A stretch of 61,174 bases of DNA, filler included. It is 5 parts of 5 records of this genome, joined end to end, with 100 filler letters (N's around TTAATTAATTAA, not from the genome) between each part and the next. Parts side by side here need not be neighbours in the genome. Positions count along the whole stretch, not along the records: positions 18,264 to 30,940 come from SRR31156797_1219; 4 more parts are not named here. One strand, 5' to 3'. Below the pieces are notes generated by a model. The model saw only the letters and a list, made by a program, of their open reading frames with translations, was not told where the DNA came from and made no database searches. Position numbers and translations under genes: made by a program. Below, piece after piece: positions 18,395-27,634 of this stretch (the first letter of the stretch is position 1; each line of letters starts with the position of its first letter).

Positions 18395-18456
18395 TCATGT
18401 CGTTGGATAATTCCAACCGTCATTTGCGCTCATAGTTCCAAACCGCATCATTTTTT

Positions 18457-20613
18457 TTAATTATTGTTATCGGAAGGAAGACAACCATCACGAGTAACAT
18501 TTACGTTTGCCTGCCAGCCATTTGATTGTGTCAACGTTATCAAATCAGTATTTTCACAAAGTGTTACTGAATCAATAATTTCACATTGCTTATCCTTTTC
18601 CCAACAACCGAGCACTGGAGAAATATAGCCTATGTTTGGTTCGTTTTGGTTACCAGTAACTTCCCCTCCTATGTTGACCGCACCGGTAGGTGTTGAATAA
18701 TTAAAATAAGCGTAATAACCATAATTATAAGGGTTAGCGGGGTTAGCGGCAAATCCATATGTATTGTTGTCTATCTGACACTGTTCTCCAGCATTATTAT
18801 CCGCAGGCATAAACCAGCTATTGAAACCAAAATATGACGGATCAAAAGATATATATAAAGCACAATTATCACAATCTCCACTACATTGAGTGGACAGCTG
18901 AAATCTATTATTATTATAGCCATTGTCAGTATCATCAGCAAAGCTATCTGCTTGCTTATTGTAATAAAAACTACTATTTGGGCAATATCCGTAAGCGCTT
19001 GCAGTGGTTACATGTGTCGAAGAAGGTCGATAATTGGCACTCAAACTTTCATTATTTGGACATAATGTTGAATAATGTACAGTTACATAAGCCGTGACAG
19101 AAACAGTTGAACCAGGATTGTAGTTATCTATACATCCTTCAGTGCTTGTTTTTGTTATTCCAGCACATTTCATTTCAAGTGTGTCGCCATCCCAGTTTCC
19201 TGATGGAGTGTCGCCATCCCAGTTTCCTGATGGAAAAGCATTTTTTAATATTTGATTCCTATAGAGAATGCATTGGTCTGTCCAATCTCCTTCAGGTAAA
19301 AAGACTGCGTTTTTGACCGTCTCAACAGCTGTTGGGAAAATTTGAGTTAATCCCGTTTTATAGGTCTGACAGTTTATATTCTCAACGTTTATATCGCTTA
19401 CGAAAAAATCTGTACCAATCATGGTGAGAAATACTTTTACGCTAGCAACCCAGTACTTTGTAAACGCTTCAAGTTGTTCGGCAGTCGTATCTTCACTATT
19501 AAAACCAGCGAACGGAGGTGACCATTGAGCCATGCCGGCAAGGTTTGTCGGGCAGGAGGAGTTTGTGTCGGGGTTGGGGCACTGTTCAAGTGCAAGAGCT
19601 CTTTCCTTTATTGCTATAACACCCAAGTAATAGATATTTTCCAACATTTGTAAATTGAACAGGACTTGCTGGATAATATTTTGATTATAATTATTTATAT
19701 TTTCAATAGTATTATCAGAATTAATAAGACTCGTCGTAATCAATGAATTTAATTGGGTATTATATGCATAATCCAATATAAGATACATGTATGATAATTT
19801 ACTTAATCCATCCGTCGTTATTATGCTATAATTATCAGAAGTCATATCATCCTGGGAAATTATGTCTATTTGACTGGTATCGATGGTTGAGCTTATACCA
19901 CTTATATTTTCAATAATTGTAATTAAACCCGGAGTCTTGCTAGCAACGTTTTCATAAAATCCTCCAGGTTTCTGCACTGTATGACTATCATCAACATAAT
20001 ATTTGTTGTTTTTCACTTGCATAATAGCATTATTCACATCTATATTAATTTTAGACATATACTCTGCGTCTTGTAGTGTTTGATTAGCATTAAGCGTATC
20101 TATTATTGTGTCGTTTAGTTTTGTTACAGTTTCCGTAAGTGAATCAATTTCAGTATGAATTGAATTCAATTTTTTGTTTATTGAATTGAGAGTAGCCTTA
20201 ATTTGTTTTTCAATTTTTTCTTGGCTGCTTTTCTTATCAGGAAGAAACAAGTCCGCAACCTCAGTGGCAAGGCTAATTACAGGCGTTAATTCAGGAAAGC
20301 CTGCAAATGTACAAACTTTATCAGCGATTTTGCTGGCGGTATCAACTGCGCTTTCATTATCATCGGAGTCTCTTACCGTAAGTGTACTTTGTGTATCATC
20401 CTTTTCCAATTTGCTATAAAGCGTATGAGACGTTTGGCCATCTTTTCCATATTTCAAATACAAATCAGTCCATGCCTGCAACATTTCTACTTGTTCTTGT
20501 GTTATATTATTGTTGCTAATGCCTCCGGAGCTTGAGCTACTGTCGCAACCAATATTAATTAAAGAACTAATTGGGATTAATATCATAACGGCCATTATTC
20601 TAAAACATTTCAT
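18457..20613 (-). CDS. AT-rich, Cys-rich predicted lipoprotein of unknown function (N-terminal hydrophobic hairpin plus coiled coil, toxin-like)
   Basis: Lipobox-like INIG-C then a poly-Ser linker. Hydrophobic segment VCTFAGFPELTPVISLATEVADLFLP followed by heptad helix. Many Cys in the C-terminal half. GGAGG RBS. Confidence 0.75.
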   Translation of the reverse strand: MKCFRIMAVMILIPISSLINIGCDSSSSSGGISNNNITQEQVEMLQAWTDLYLKYGKDGQTSHTLYSKLEKDDTQSTLTVRDSDDNESAVDTASKIADKVCTFAGFPELTPVISLATEVADLFLPDKKSSQEKIEKQIKATLNSINKKLNSIHTEIDSLTETVTKLNDTIIDTLNANQTLQDAEYMSKINIDVNNAIMQVKNNKYYVDDSHTVQKPGGFYENVASKTPGLITIIENISGISSTIDTSQIDIISQDDMTSDNYSIITTDGLSKLSYMYLILDYAYNTQLNSLITTSLINSDNTIENINNYNQNIIQQVLFNLQMLENIYYLGVIAIKERALALEQCPNPDTNSSCPTNLAGMAQWSPPFAGFNSEDTTAEQLEAFTKYWVASVKVFLTMIGTDFFVSDINVENINCQTYKTGLTQIFPTAVETVKNAVFLPEGDWTDQCILYRNQILKNAFPSGNWDGDTPSGNWDGDTLEMKCAGITKTSTEGCIDNYNPGSTVSVTAYVTVHYSTLCPNNESLSANYRPSSTHVTTASAYGYCPNSSFYYNKQADSFADDTDNGYNNNRFQLSTQCSGDCDNCALYISFDPSYFGFNSWFMPADNNAGEQCQIDNNTYGFAANPANPYNYGYYAYFNYSTPTGAVNIGGEVTGNQNEPNIGYISPVLGCWEKDKQCEIIDSVTLCENTDLITLTQSNGWQANVNVTRDGCLPSDNNN
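19181..19234. repeat. Perfect in-frame 27-bp tandem duplication (PSGNWDGDT x2)
   Basis: GTGTCGCCATCCCAGTTTCCTGATGGA at 19181-19207 and 19208-19234. Confidence 0.95.
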
Positions 20614-20768
20614 TTTTTCCTCCTAAGAAATAATTCAGTTTATCAACAAAGCAATAAAATTGAAAGCCGGCTAAATCATAAATTTTGTATTCCTGAATCC
20701 CGTGGATATCGATTTCCGGGTTTGAATCTAAAATCGGTCCCCTTGCTTTTTCTGGGACTAATTGAGGT

Positions 20769-20801
20769 ATTATAAAACTCCTAAATCCCATTATCGTCCC
20801 A
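20769..20801 (-). promoter_or_regulatory. Candidate activator-dependent promoter: TATAAT -10 with an 11-bp-period direct repeat over the -35 region
   Basis: Minus strand reads TGGGACGATAATGGGAT (20801-20785), then TATAAT (20774-20769). No consensus TTGACA. Confidence 0.5.
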
Positions 20802-20980
20802 AAATGAAAAAAAATTGAGTTTTTTTTGGGGGGTACCGATTTCAGGCAATATCTTTCCATCACGACGTTCCGAATTGACCTGACACCATTCTCCATATAT
20901 ATTCAGCGGCTGCATGCACAACCCAAGGCCCTATATCATGACGATATGGGAACCAATGAAACGGCTTTTCGAAATTCCTT

Positions 20981-21691
20981 TTGCGGAACAATGAGGTTTA
21001 CGGAGTGACATATTCATCTCTGGGTCCCCTGCGCGACATGAGTGTCCTTCTGGCCGAAGACGATGCGAACATGCGCAAATCCCTGACCAGAACCCTGGGC
21101 CTGTTCTTCCGGGAGGTACTGCCGGCCGGAGACGGCGGACAGGCCCTGGGAATTTTCCGGACGCACGGGCCTCATATGGCCATTCTGGACATCACCATGC
21201 CGGGTTTGAGCGGACTTGAGGTCGCTGAAGCCATCAGGGAACGGGACGCTGATCTGCCGATCATCATCCTGACCTGCCACAGCGATTCTTCCTACATGCA
21301 ATCCGCGGTTCGGCTCAGGCTCATGGACTACCTGCTCAAGCCCGTGAGCATGCCCTCGCTCGAAAAGGCCTTGAAGGGGTGTTTGAAAGAGATGAAAAGG
21401 CGGAACCGGCTGAACGCCCGTATAGCCGGCGGAACACTGCTTAATCTGGCAACCGGAACGGCAGTCAGAGGGGAGCGAATTCATCGTCTTACACGCAATG
21501 AGCGGCGGTTTCTCAAAATTCTGCTTGAGCATAGGGGAACCGTCATCGAACCTGTGCGGATCTGCCTTGCCATGAGCACGGAAACGGATTTTACCCCTCA
21601 GGCCCTGCGCAATCTGGTCTGGCGCCTCAGGGCAAAGATCGGTTCGGAAGCAATATTCAGTTCCAGGGACATGGGATATATGCTCCGGTAA
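20981..21691 (+). CDS. OmpR/PhoB-type response regulator (receiver plus winged helix)
   Basis: VLLAEDD, ILDITMPGLSG (phospho-Asp), IIILT, YLLKP, C-terminal LTRNE...ALRNLVWRLRAKI...GYML. True start may be GTG 21005. Confidence 0.9.
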   Translation: MRNNEVYGVTYSSLGPLRDMSVLLAEDDANMRKSLTRTLGLFFREVLPAGDGGQALGIFRTHGPHMAILDITMPGLSGLEVAEAIRERDADLPIIILTCHSDSSYMQSAVRLRLMDYLLKPVSMPSLEKALKGCLKEMKRRNRLNARIAGGTLLNLATGTAVRGERIHRLTRNERRFLKILLEHRGTVIEPVRICLAMSTETDFTPQALRNLVWRLRAKIGSEAIFSSRDMGYMLR

Positions 21692-21732
21692 AGGGAAAAA
21701 GAGTCCGGCCCAATGAACAAAGGTGTCGCGGA

Positions 21733-23682
21733 ATGTATTTTTTTAACACCCGAACTTTGCCCGTATGGATTTTCCTGGCTCTGGGCCTGTTCCATGCCAT
21801 TTCTTCAGGGGCTGTCCGGGCTGACACAACAAGTGGAACATGCTTTGATATCTCGGAGATAAGCAAGACGCAATCCCTTATCCCCTGGATGGAGTATCTG
21901 CCGGATCCCGAAGCCGAACTGACCAGGCGGACCGCCCCGGCCAGTGGCCGGTGGATGGCGGTAAGCCGGGCCAGACTCGGATATGGCGCTATTCCCGTCT
22001 GGACCCGACTGAGGGTGGAGAACACGTCTTCCACGAGGCGTTCGGTTGTGCTCTTCAACCCGCGGCCCATGGTCAATTATCTGGATGTAACCGTAATTGA
22101 GAAAGGCTTGCCCGTGGACGAAATTCGGCTCGGCTTTATGGTTCGGACCGCCACGGAAAAAAATTTTATTGCCAGCCGCCTGAGCTCTTTTCTCCTGGAG
22201 CTGCCGCCGGGCTCTAAGCGGACCATACTTGCCCGTCTGCGCACTTCCGGGGTTCTGGAACTGGGGTGGAAGGCCGCCACGGTGTCCGAATTCAGCCGCC
22301 GCGGCAGACTCGAAACGCTTGCTATGGGCCTGAATCTGGGAATCATGCTGGCCCTGATCACCATAAGCCTGCTCTCATGGGTCGTTCAGAGGCAGCCTCG
22401 GTTCGGGTTGCTGGCCGGCTATTCCCTGTTCTTCACCCTGACGGTTGTATCTCTAAACGGTCTGACCAGAATCATGAGTTTTGGCCTGCCGCCCGCCTTC
22501 TGGTTTATCGGCAGTTTTTTCTTTCCCATCGGTTCGGTTCTTTTCTGGATCCCTTTCACCAAATTTTTCCTTAAGACCCGGACAACCATGCCGTTAATGA
22601 ATCGCTGGCTGAATATCCTTCAGATCCTGCTCGCAATATCCCTTTGTTCCTATCTGATGGGCCCGTGGCTGCCATTTGTATTCAGGCTCAGCCCCTTCTG
22701 GATACTCTGTGTGCTGCTTGTTTGCGCCACTGCCGTCTGGGCGGGAGTGGTGGGCGCATGGCGAAAATTTGAGTACGGGTGGCTGTACCTTGTGGGACAC
22801 GCCGCCATGTTCAATTTGGCGGTCATACTGGTACTTGCCGGTCAGGGAAACCTTATTAAAAATTTTTCCGTCATTCTGCTCATATATCCGTGGATTATAG
22901 CAGCACATGTAACAATTGTGGGAATTTCCCTGAACAGGATGACCGGACGGACCCGAAAAGAGCTGGAGTCGGAGCGCCGGGCCACGCTGGAAAATTCCCG
23001 TTTTGCCGCCGTAGGCCGGATTATCGGAATGATTGTCCATCAATGGCGTACGCCTCTTGCCCGTCTGGGGACGGAACTGGCTGAACTCAATGCCTATTTT
23101 CGGCACAGCAGCAATCTGGAGGGCAAGTTGGTTTTTATAAAAGAAAGTCTCCTGCCTTCCATGAACGGCAATATGGATACTCTGACAAATATTGTGGATG
23201 ATTTCAGCCGGTTTTTTTCCAGTTCCGGGAATAAAGAGGAATTTGATCCATTGGTTGTATTGAATCAGGTGCTGGAAATGGCGGGAGGAAGAATACGTCA
23301 ATTGAATATAGAGGTGATCATGCCGGATGAACAGATTTTATTGACCGCCCGTCCTTCGGTTTTGGCTCACGCACTCCTGGTCATTACAATCAACGCGCTG
23401 GATACTTTTGAAAGTCGCCGAATAAAAAACCCTCGCCTGATTTTTGATCTCCGAAAAAATGACAACAGTATCCGTCTCAGTGTTTCAGATAATGGCGGGG
23501 GAATACACATGAAGCCGGCGGAAAGGGTCTTTGAAACCTTTGTAAGCGACAAAGGTAAGAATCATATGGGCATGGGCCTGAATATCGCCAAAAGACTTGT
23601 GGAGGAAGTTCTGGAAGGGACCATAACCGTGGAGAACATGGGCACAGGTGCCCGGTTCACTGTAACACTGCCCACCTTTTGA
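21733..23682 (+). CDS. 7TM-DISM sensor histidine kinase
   Basis: Signal peptide, DISMED2-like region (LGYGAIPVWTRL), about 7 TM helices, H-box IVHQWRTPL, N-box INALD, G-boxes DNGGGI and GMGL. Confidence 0.88.
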   Translation: MYFFNTRTLPVWIFLALGLFHAISSGAVRADTTSGTCFDISEISKTQSLIPWMEYLPDPEAELTRRTAPASGRWMAVSRARLGYGAIPVWTRLRVENTSSTRRSVVLFNPRPMVNYLDVTVIEKGLPVDEIRLGFMVRTATEKNFIASRLSSFLLELPPGSKRTILARLRTSGVLELGWKAATVSEFSRRGRLETLAMGLNLGIMLALITISLLSWVVQRQPRFGLLAGYSLFFTLTVVSLNGLTRIMSFGLPPAFWFIGSFFFPIGSVLFWIPFTKFFLKTRTTMPLMNRWLNILQILLAISLCSYLMGPWLPFVFRLSPFWILCVLLVCATAVWAGVVGAWRKFEYGWLYLVGHAAMFNLAVILVLAGQGNLIKNFSVILLIYPWIIAAHVTIVGISLNRMTGRTRKELESERRATLENSRFAAVGRIIGMIVHQWRTPLARLGTELAELNAYFRHSSNLEGKLVFIKESLLPSMNGNMDTLTNIVDDFSRFFSSSGNKEEFDPLVVLNQVLEMAGGRIRQLNIEVIMPDEQILLTARPSVLAHALLVITINALDTFESRRIKNPRLIFDLRKNDNSIRLSVSDNGGGIHMKPAERVFETFVSDKGKNHMGMGLNIAKRLVEEVLEGTITVENMGTGARFTVTLPTF

Positions 23683-23772
23683 AGGGCCTGTTCCACTGTG
23701 GCGCTTGTTTCCACGGGCAAAGAAAACGGCGTGGCTGTTTTGCTCGGCACTCATTTTTCAACCGGGTTTTGG

Positions 23773-24858
23773 TTACGAAGTGAGATTTTCCAGTTCATGG
23801 TCAAACAGCCGGATCATGCATTGCCAGGCGAAACGTTTCATTTCCCGAGAAAGGGTTTCAGCTTTTTTCTCCGATCCGGAACTCCCGGAAAGGACACGGG
23901 CCAGTTTTTCAACCAGCTCTTCCTGGTTTTCATATAGGAAATCTTTGTGATAGGATCCGGGAATAATCTCGGGATAGGAGAGCCTCCCAGGGAGTAAAGG
24001 GATGCAACCGGCACTGATGGCTTCCACCATGGAAATGCCGAAATTCTCCTGGTTGGCGGTGCTGATGACCACCGTCCCTTCTTTCAACCAGGCTTCATAG
24101 GCTGCCCTTGCCGGTTCATAACCATAACGGACAATCCGTTTACCGTACCGTTTTCGGGCGGCGGTGAATTCTTTGGGGCAGTTCTGGAAATTCTCTCCCA
24201 GGAGAGCCAACCGGAAATCGAGCCCCCGCTTTACCATCTCATCCAGGGCCAGAAAAAAGTCTTTGGGATTTTTGTCGAACTCCCATCGGTGATTCCAGAT
24301 AATCAAAGGCGGTTCGGAACGAACCGGAGGCGCTCCATTGTTCAAATCGGCGATATTGCACCCGGGATACAACACACCGGCCCGGGAACGGATTTCATCC
24401 ACCACCCAGGTCGGCCTGAAATCGGGCATCATTTTCAGGAATTCGGGGAGTTTGGAGAAAAAGGCATCAAAGTGGGTTTGCGAGTTAAACAGGATACGCT
24501 TTGCGGCGAGTGCAGTGGTCATGTCGGTGAATCCGAAATGGACATCCATGGCCTCCCCGGGTGCCAGGGGATAAGTGATCTGGCTCTCATGAAAATAAAC
24601 CAGGGCCGGAGGACAACTTGCTCCCGTAAGGGCCCGAAAATCAGACAGGCTCATCATGTCACTGGTGATCAGGCCGTCATAATCTTCAAGGGGAGGACTG
24701 TTTTTCAAAAAATAGAGTGCCGCCCCCCGCATGCGCCACTTCCAGAAGCGGGCGGGCAAGGTCACCAGATCAATCTCATGGCGCGAATGCGCTACCCACC
24801 CTTCTGCAAAATACCGATGGGACCCCCCGAAAAAGGGTTCCAGAAAAAGAAATTTCAC
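23773..24858 (-). CDS. GT4/GT-B glycosyltransferase with DUF3524-type N-terminus (GTDC1/QTMAN-like)
   Basis: LEPFFGGSH, TLPARFWKWRMRG, YFHESQITYP, FNSQTH, WNHRWEFDKNP, ENFGISMVEA, LSYPE. Confidence 0.85.
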   Translation of the reverse strand: MKFLFLEPFFGGSHRYFAEGWVAHSRHEIDLVTLPARFWKWRMRGAALYFLKNSPPLEDYDGLITSDMMSLSDFRALTGASCPPALVYFHESQITYPLAPGEAMDVHFGFTDMTTALAAKRILFNSQTHFDAFFSKLPEFLKMMPDFRPTWVVDEIRSRAGVLYPGCNIADLNNGAPPVRSEPPLIIWNHRWEFDKNPKDFFLALDEMVKRGLDFRLALLGENFQNCPKEFTAARKRYGKRIVRYGYEPARAAYEAWLKEGTVVISTANQENFGISMVEAISAGCIPLLPGRLSYPEIIPGSYHKDFLYENQEELVEKLARVLSGSSGSEKKAETLSREMKRFAWQCMIRLFDHELENLTS

Positions 24859-24970
24859 CTTATACCTTTCCTCCTGATCACGTATGTGATAGTTTCACCA
24901 ACCGTTTCAAGCAACGAAATTTTTAAAAATAGACAATTGAGACCAATATACCAAAATCATCACATTCACA

Positions 24971-26539
24971 ATGGAAACCTGGAGACTTCTTGATACGCCG
25001 CCCATGACGGCGGCTGAAAACATGGCCCTTGACGAAGCCCTGCTGGAGCTGAAAAACCACGGGCATACCCCCAATACCATCCGCTTCCTTCAGTTTTCCC
25101 CCAGGAGTGTTCTGGTGGGATATCACCAATCGGTGTCGGAGGAAATCCGCAAAGGTTACTGCCGAAAGACAGGCATCGAGATTAACCGAAGGATTACGGG
25201 CGGCGGCGCCATTTTTTTTGATGAAAACCAGCTGGGCTGGGAAATCATCTGTGACAAATCGTTTTTTAAGGTGAGCATCCCCACGGAGCGCCTGTTCAAA
25301 ACCCTTTGCAAGCCGGTAACAACAGCGCTTTCCACTTTCGGTATTACAGCCGATTTCCGTCCTCGCAACGACATCGAAATTGACGGGCGCAAAATTTCCG
25401 GCACCGGCGGGACCGATTCGAAAAATGCCTTCCTTTTTCAGGGAACCATGTTGGTGGACTTTGACGTGGATACCATGCTGCGGGCCCTTCGCATCCCGGT
25501 GGAAAAACTAAAGGCCAAGGAGATTGACTCGGTCAAGGACCGCGTGACCTGTTTGAACTGGGAACTGGGGCATACCCCTTCGCTTCCGGATATCAAGCGT
25601 TCCATCCAACACGGCTTTGAAACGGGCCTGGGCATACGTCTCGTTTCCGAAGGCATGACCTCCGAAGAGCACCGCCTTTTTCAGGAAAAGCTACCCTATT
25701 ACCGATCGGACCAATGGATAAATCTTGTCAATCCAAGGTTTCAAAAACGGGATTCGGTCCAATCCGCCTACAAGGCCGAAGCGGGCATGATCCGCTTTAC
25801 CCTTGTGGTGAACCTACCCCAGAAAAGACTCAAGGATATCTACATCACCGGCGATTTTTTATCTTTTCCATCCCGTGCCCTTTACGACCTGGAAACAATG
25901 CTGCGCGGCGCACCTTTGGACCGGGAGCATCTGCACGGTATTATCCGATCATTCTTTGAACAGGAAAAAATCATGATCCCGGGCATGGATTCCAGTGATT
26001 TTATGATTCCACTGGATCAGGCCCTTGAAAAAATTAAAATCACGGAATTCGGACTTTCACTGAAACATTGCAATCAGATTTCCATGGCCAACGGATCCTT
26101 CGAAGCGGTGATCCGCAAAAAACCATCGGTACTCCTCCTCCCTTACTGCGCCAAACGCACCGACTGCGATCTCCGATACCAAAAAGCATGTCGGATCTGT
26201 GGTGAAGACGGCTGCACCATCGGGCCTGCCTGGACCATGGGCCTGAAAGATCACATGAAGGTGGTAAGCATCATCAGCTTTGAAGACCTCTGGGCGGAAC
26301 TGCTTAAAATGAAGAAAAACGGCGTAAAGGCCTACATCGGCTGCTGCTGCCAGCCTTTTTTTGCAAAACACGTGGACGATTTCAGAAAATCGGAACTGCC
26401 CGGGATACTGCTGGATATCGACAACACCACCTGCTATGAACTGGACCAGGCCAGGGAAGCCTATGCCGGAAAATTCGAGAGCCAGACCCGGGTGGATCTG
26501 GATCTCCTGGATACGGTTCTGAAAGCGGCTTCCGCCTAG
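24971..26539 (+). CDS. Lipoate-protein ligase (LplA catalytic plus LplB accessory domain) fused to a C-terminal Cys-rich DUF116-like domain
   Basis: NMALDEALL, RRITGGGAIFFD, PRNDIEIDGRKISG, accessory domain IYITGDF, tail LLPYCAKxxxC...CRICGxxGC...GCCC...TTCY. Confidence 0.85.
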   Translation: METWRLLDTPPMTAAENMALDEALLELKNHGHTPNTIRFLQFSPRSVLVGYHQSVSEEIRKGYCRKTGIEINRRITGGGAIFFDENQLGWEIICDKSFFKVSIPTERLFKTLCKPVTTALSTFGITADFRPRNDIEIDGRKISGTGGTDSKNAFLFQGTMLVDFDVDTMLRALRIPVEKLKAKEIDSVKDRVTCLNWELGHTPSLPDIKRSIQHGFETGLGIRLVSEGMTSEEHRLFQEKLPYYRSDQWINLVNPRFQKRDSVQSAYKAEAGMIRFTLVVNLPQKRLKDIYITGDFLSFPSRALYDLETMLRGAPLDREHLHGIIRSFFEQEKIMIPGMDSSDFMIPLDQALEKIKITEFGLSLKHCNQISMANGSFEAVIRKKPSVLLLPYCAKRTDCDLRYQKACRICGEDGCTIGPAWTMGLKDHMKVVSIISFEDLWAELLKMKKNGVKAYIGCCCQPFFAKHVDDFRKSELPGILLDIDNTTCYELDQAREAYAGKFESQTRVDLDLLDTVLKAASA

Positions 26540-26557
26540 AACGAAAAAATCAAAAAT

Positions 26558-27634
26558 ATGAATTCCATCACCTGCGATATTCTGATTATCGGCGCCGGAC
26601 CGGCCGGATCCTCCGCCGCCGCCGCCGCTGCCCAAAAGGGCATGGATGTGCTCCTTGTGGAACAGCGGGCCGAAATCGGCGTGCCGGTGCAGTGCGCCGA
26701 ATACATACCGGCTCCCCTGGTGGGGAGCCTCAACCTGGGAACCGCTTTCGTGGTCCAGAAAGTTTCAAAGATGCGGACCATCCTTCCCGACGGATCCGCC
26801 ACGGATATGACCGCACCGGGGTTTATGATTCAGCGGGACCGTTTTGATCAAACCCTGGCCGGAGAAGCCCGGAAGCTGGGCGCCAAATTTCTTCTTTCCA
26901 CCAAAGCCACGGCGCTGACGGAAGAAGGTCATGTGGTGATAAAAGCGGGAGCAGGGGAAACAACGCTCATAGCCCCCCGTGTCATCATCGGCGCAGACGG
27001 CCCCCGATCGAAAACCGCCTTTTGGTGCGGCGCTTCAAATGGAAATCTTCTGCCCGCGGCCCAGTATAAAATAGCATTATGCTCCCCCATGGACCGTACC
27101 GAGGTATACCTTTCTCCCCATATTTACGGTGGATACGGATGGCTTTTTCCAAAAGGGGACAAGGCCAACGTGGGGTTGGGGCTAAGGCGGAACGGTTCGA
27201 ATCCTCTCAGAATTCATGCGCTTTTGGGCGAATTCATGGAAAAGCTCAAAAAGGAAGGGAAAATCAAAGGGGAACCCTTTGGCTCCACCGCGGGCTGGAT
27301 CCCCGCCAAACCCCTTGAAAAGGCGGTTTACGGTAATATTCTCCTGGCGGGGGATGCGGCGGGACATACCCACCCCATTACGGGGGCGGGGGTATTTACG
27401 GCTGTTTCATGCGGCCGGATGGCCGGGTCATGGGCCGCCGAGGCCATCATCAAAGACGACCTCGGAATATTGGCGGAATATGATGTTGAATGGCAGGACC
27501 TGTTCGGCCATACCCTCAACCGCGCCCATGAAAAACGTAGGCTGATGGAGCGGGAATGGGATCGGTTTCACCGGATTATAAAGCCCTGCTGGATCGGTTT
27601 TCGAGAATACTATAAAAGCGATTCGCCATTATGA
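26558..27634 (+). CDS. lipT: FAD-dependent oxidoreductase, geranylgeranyl-reductase family (LipT-like by context)
   Basis: IIGAGPAG, VQCAE, RDRFD, GADG, YGWLFPK, GDAAGHTHPITGAG. Lies between the lipoate ligase and two radical SAM genes. Confidence 0.7.
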   Translation: MNSITCDILIIGAGPAGSSAAAAAAQKGMDVLLVEQRAEIGVPVQCAEYIPAPLVGSLNLGTAFVVQKVSKMRTILPDGSATDMTAPGFMIQRDRFDQTLAGEARKLGAKFLLSTKATALTEEGHVVIKAGAGETTLIAPRVIIGADGPRSKTAFWCGASNGNLLPAAQYKIALCSPMDRTEVYLSPHIYGGYGWLFPKGDKANVGLGLRRNGSNPLRIHALLGEFMEKLKKEGKIKGEPFGSTAGWIPAKPLEKAVYGNILLAGDAAGHTHPITGAGVFTAVSCGRMAGSWAAEAIIKDDLGILAEYDVEWQDLFGHTLNRAHEKRRLMEREWDRFHRIIKPCWIGFREYYKSDSPL

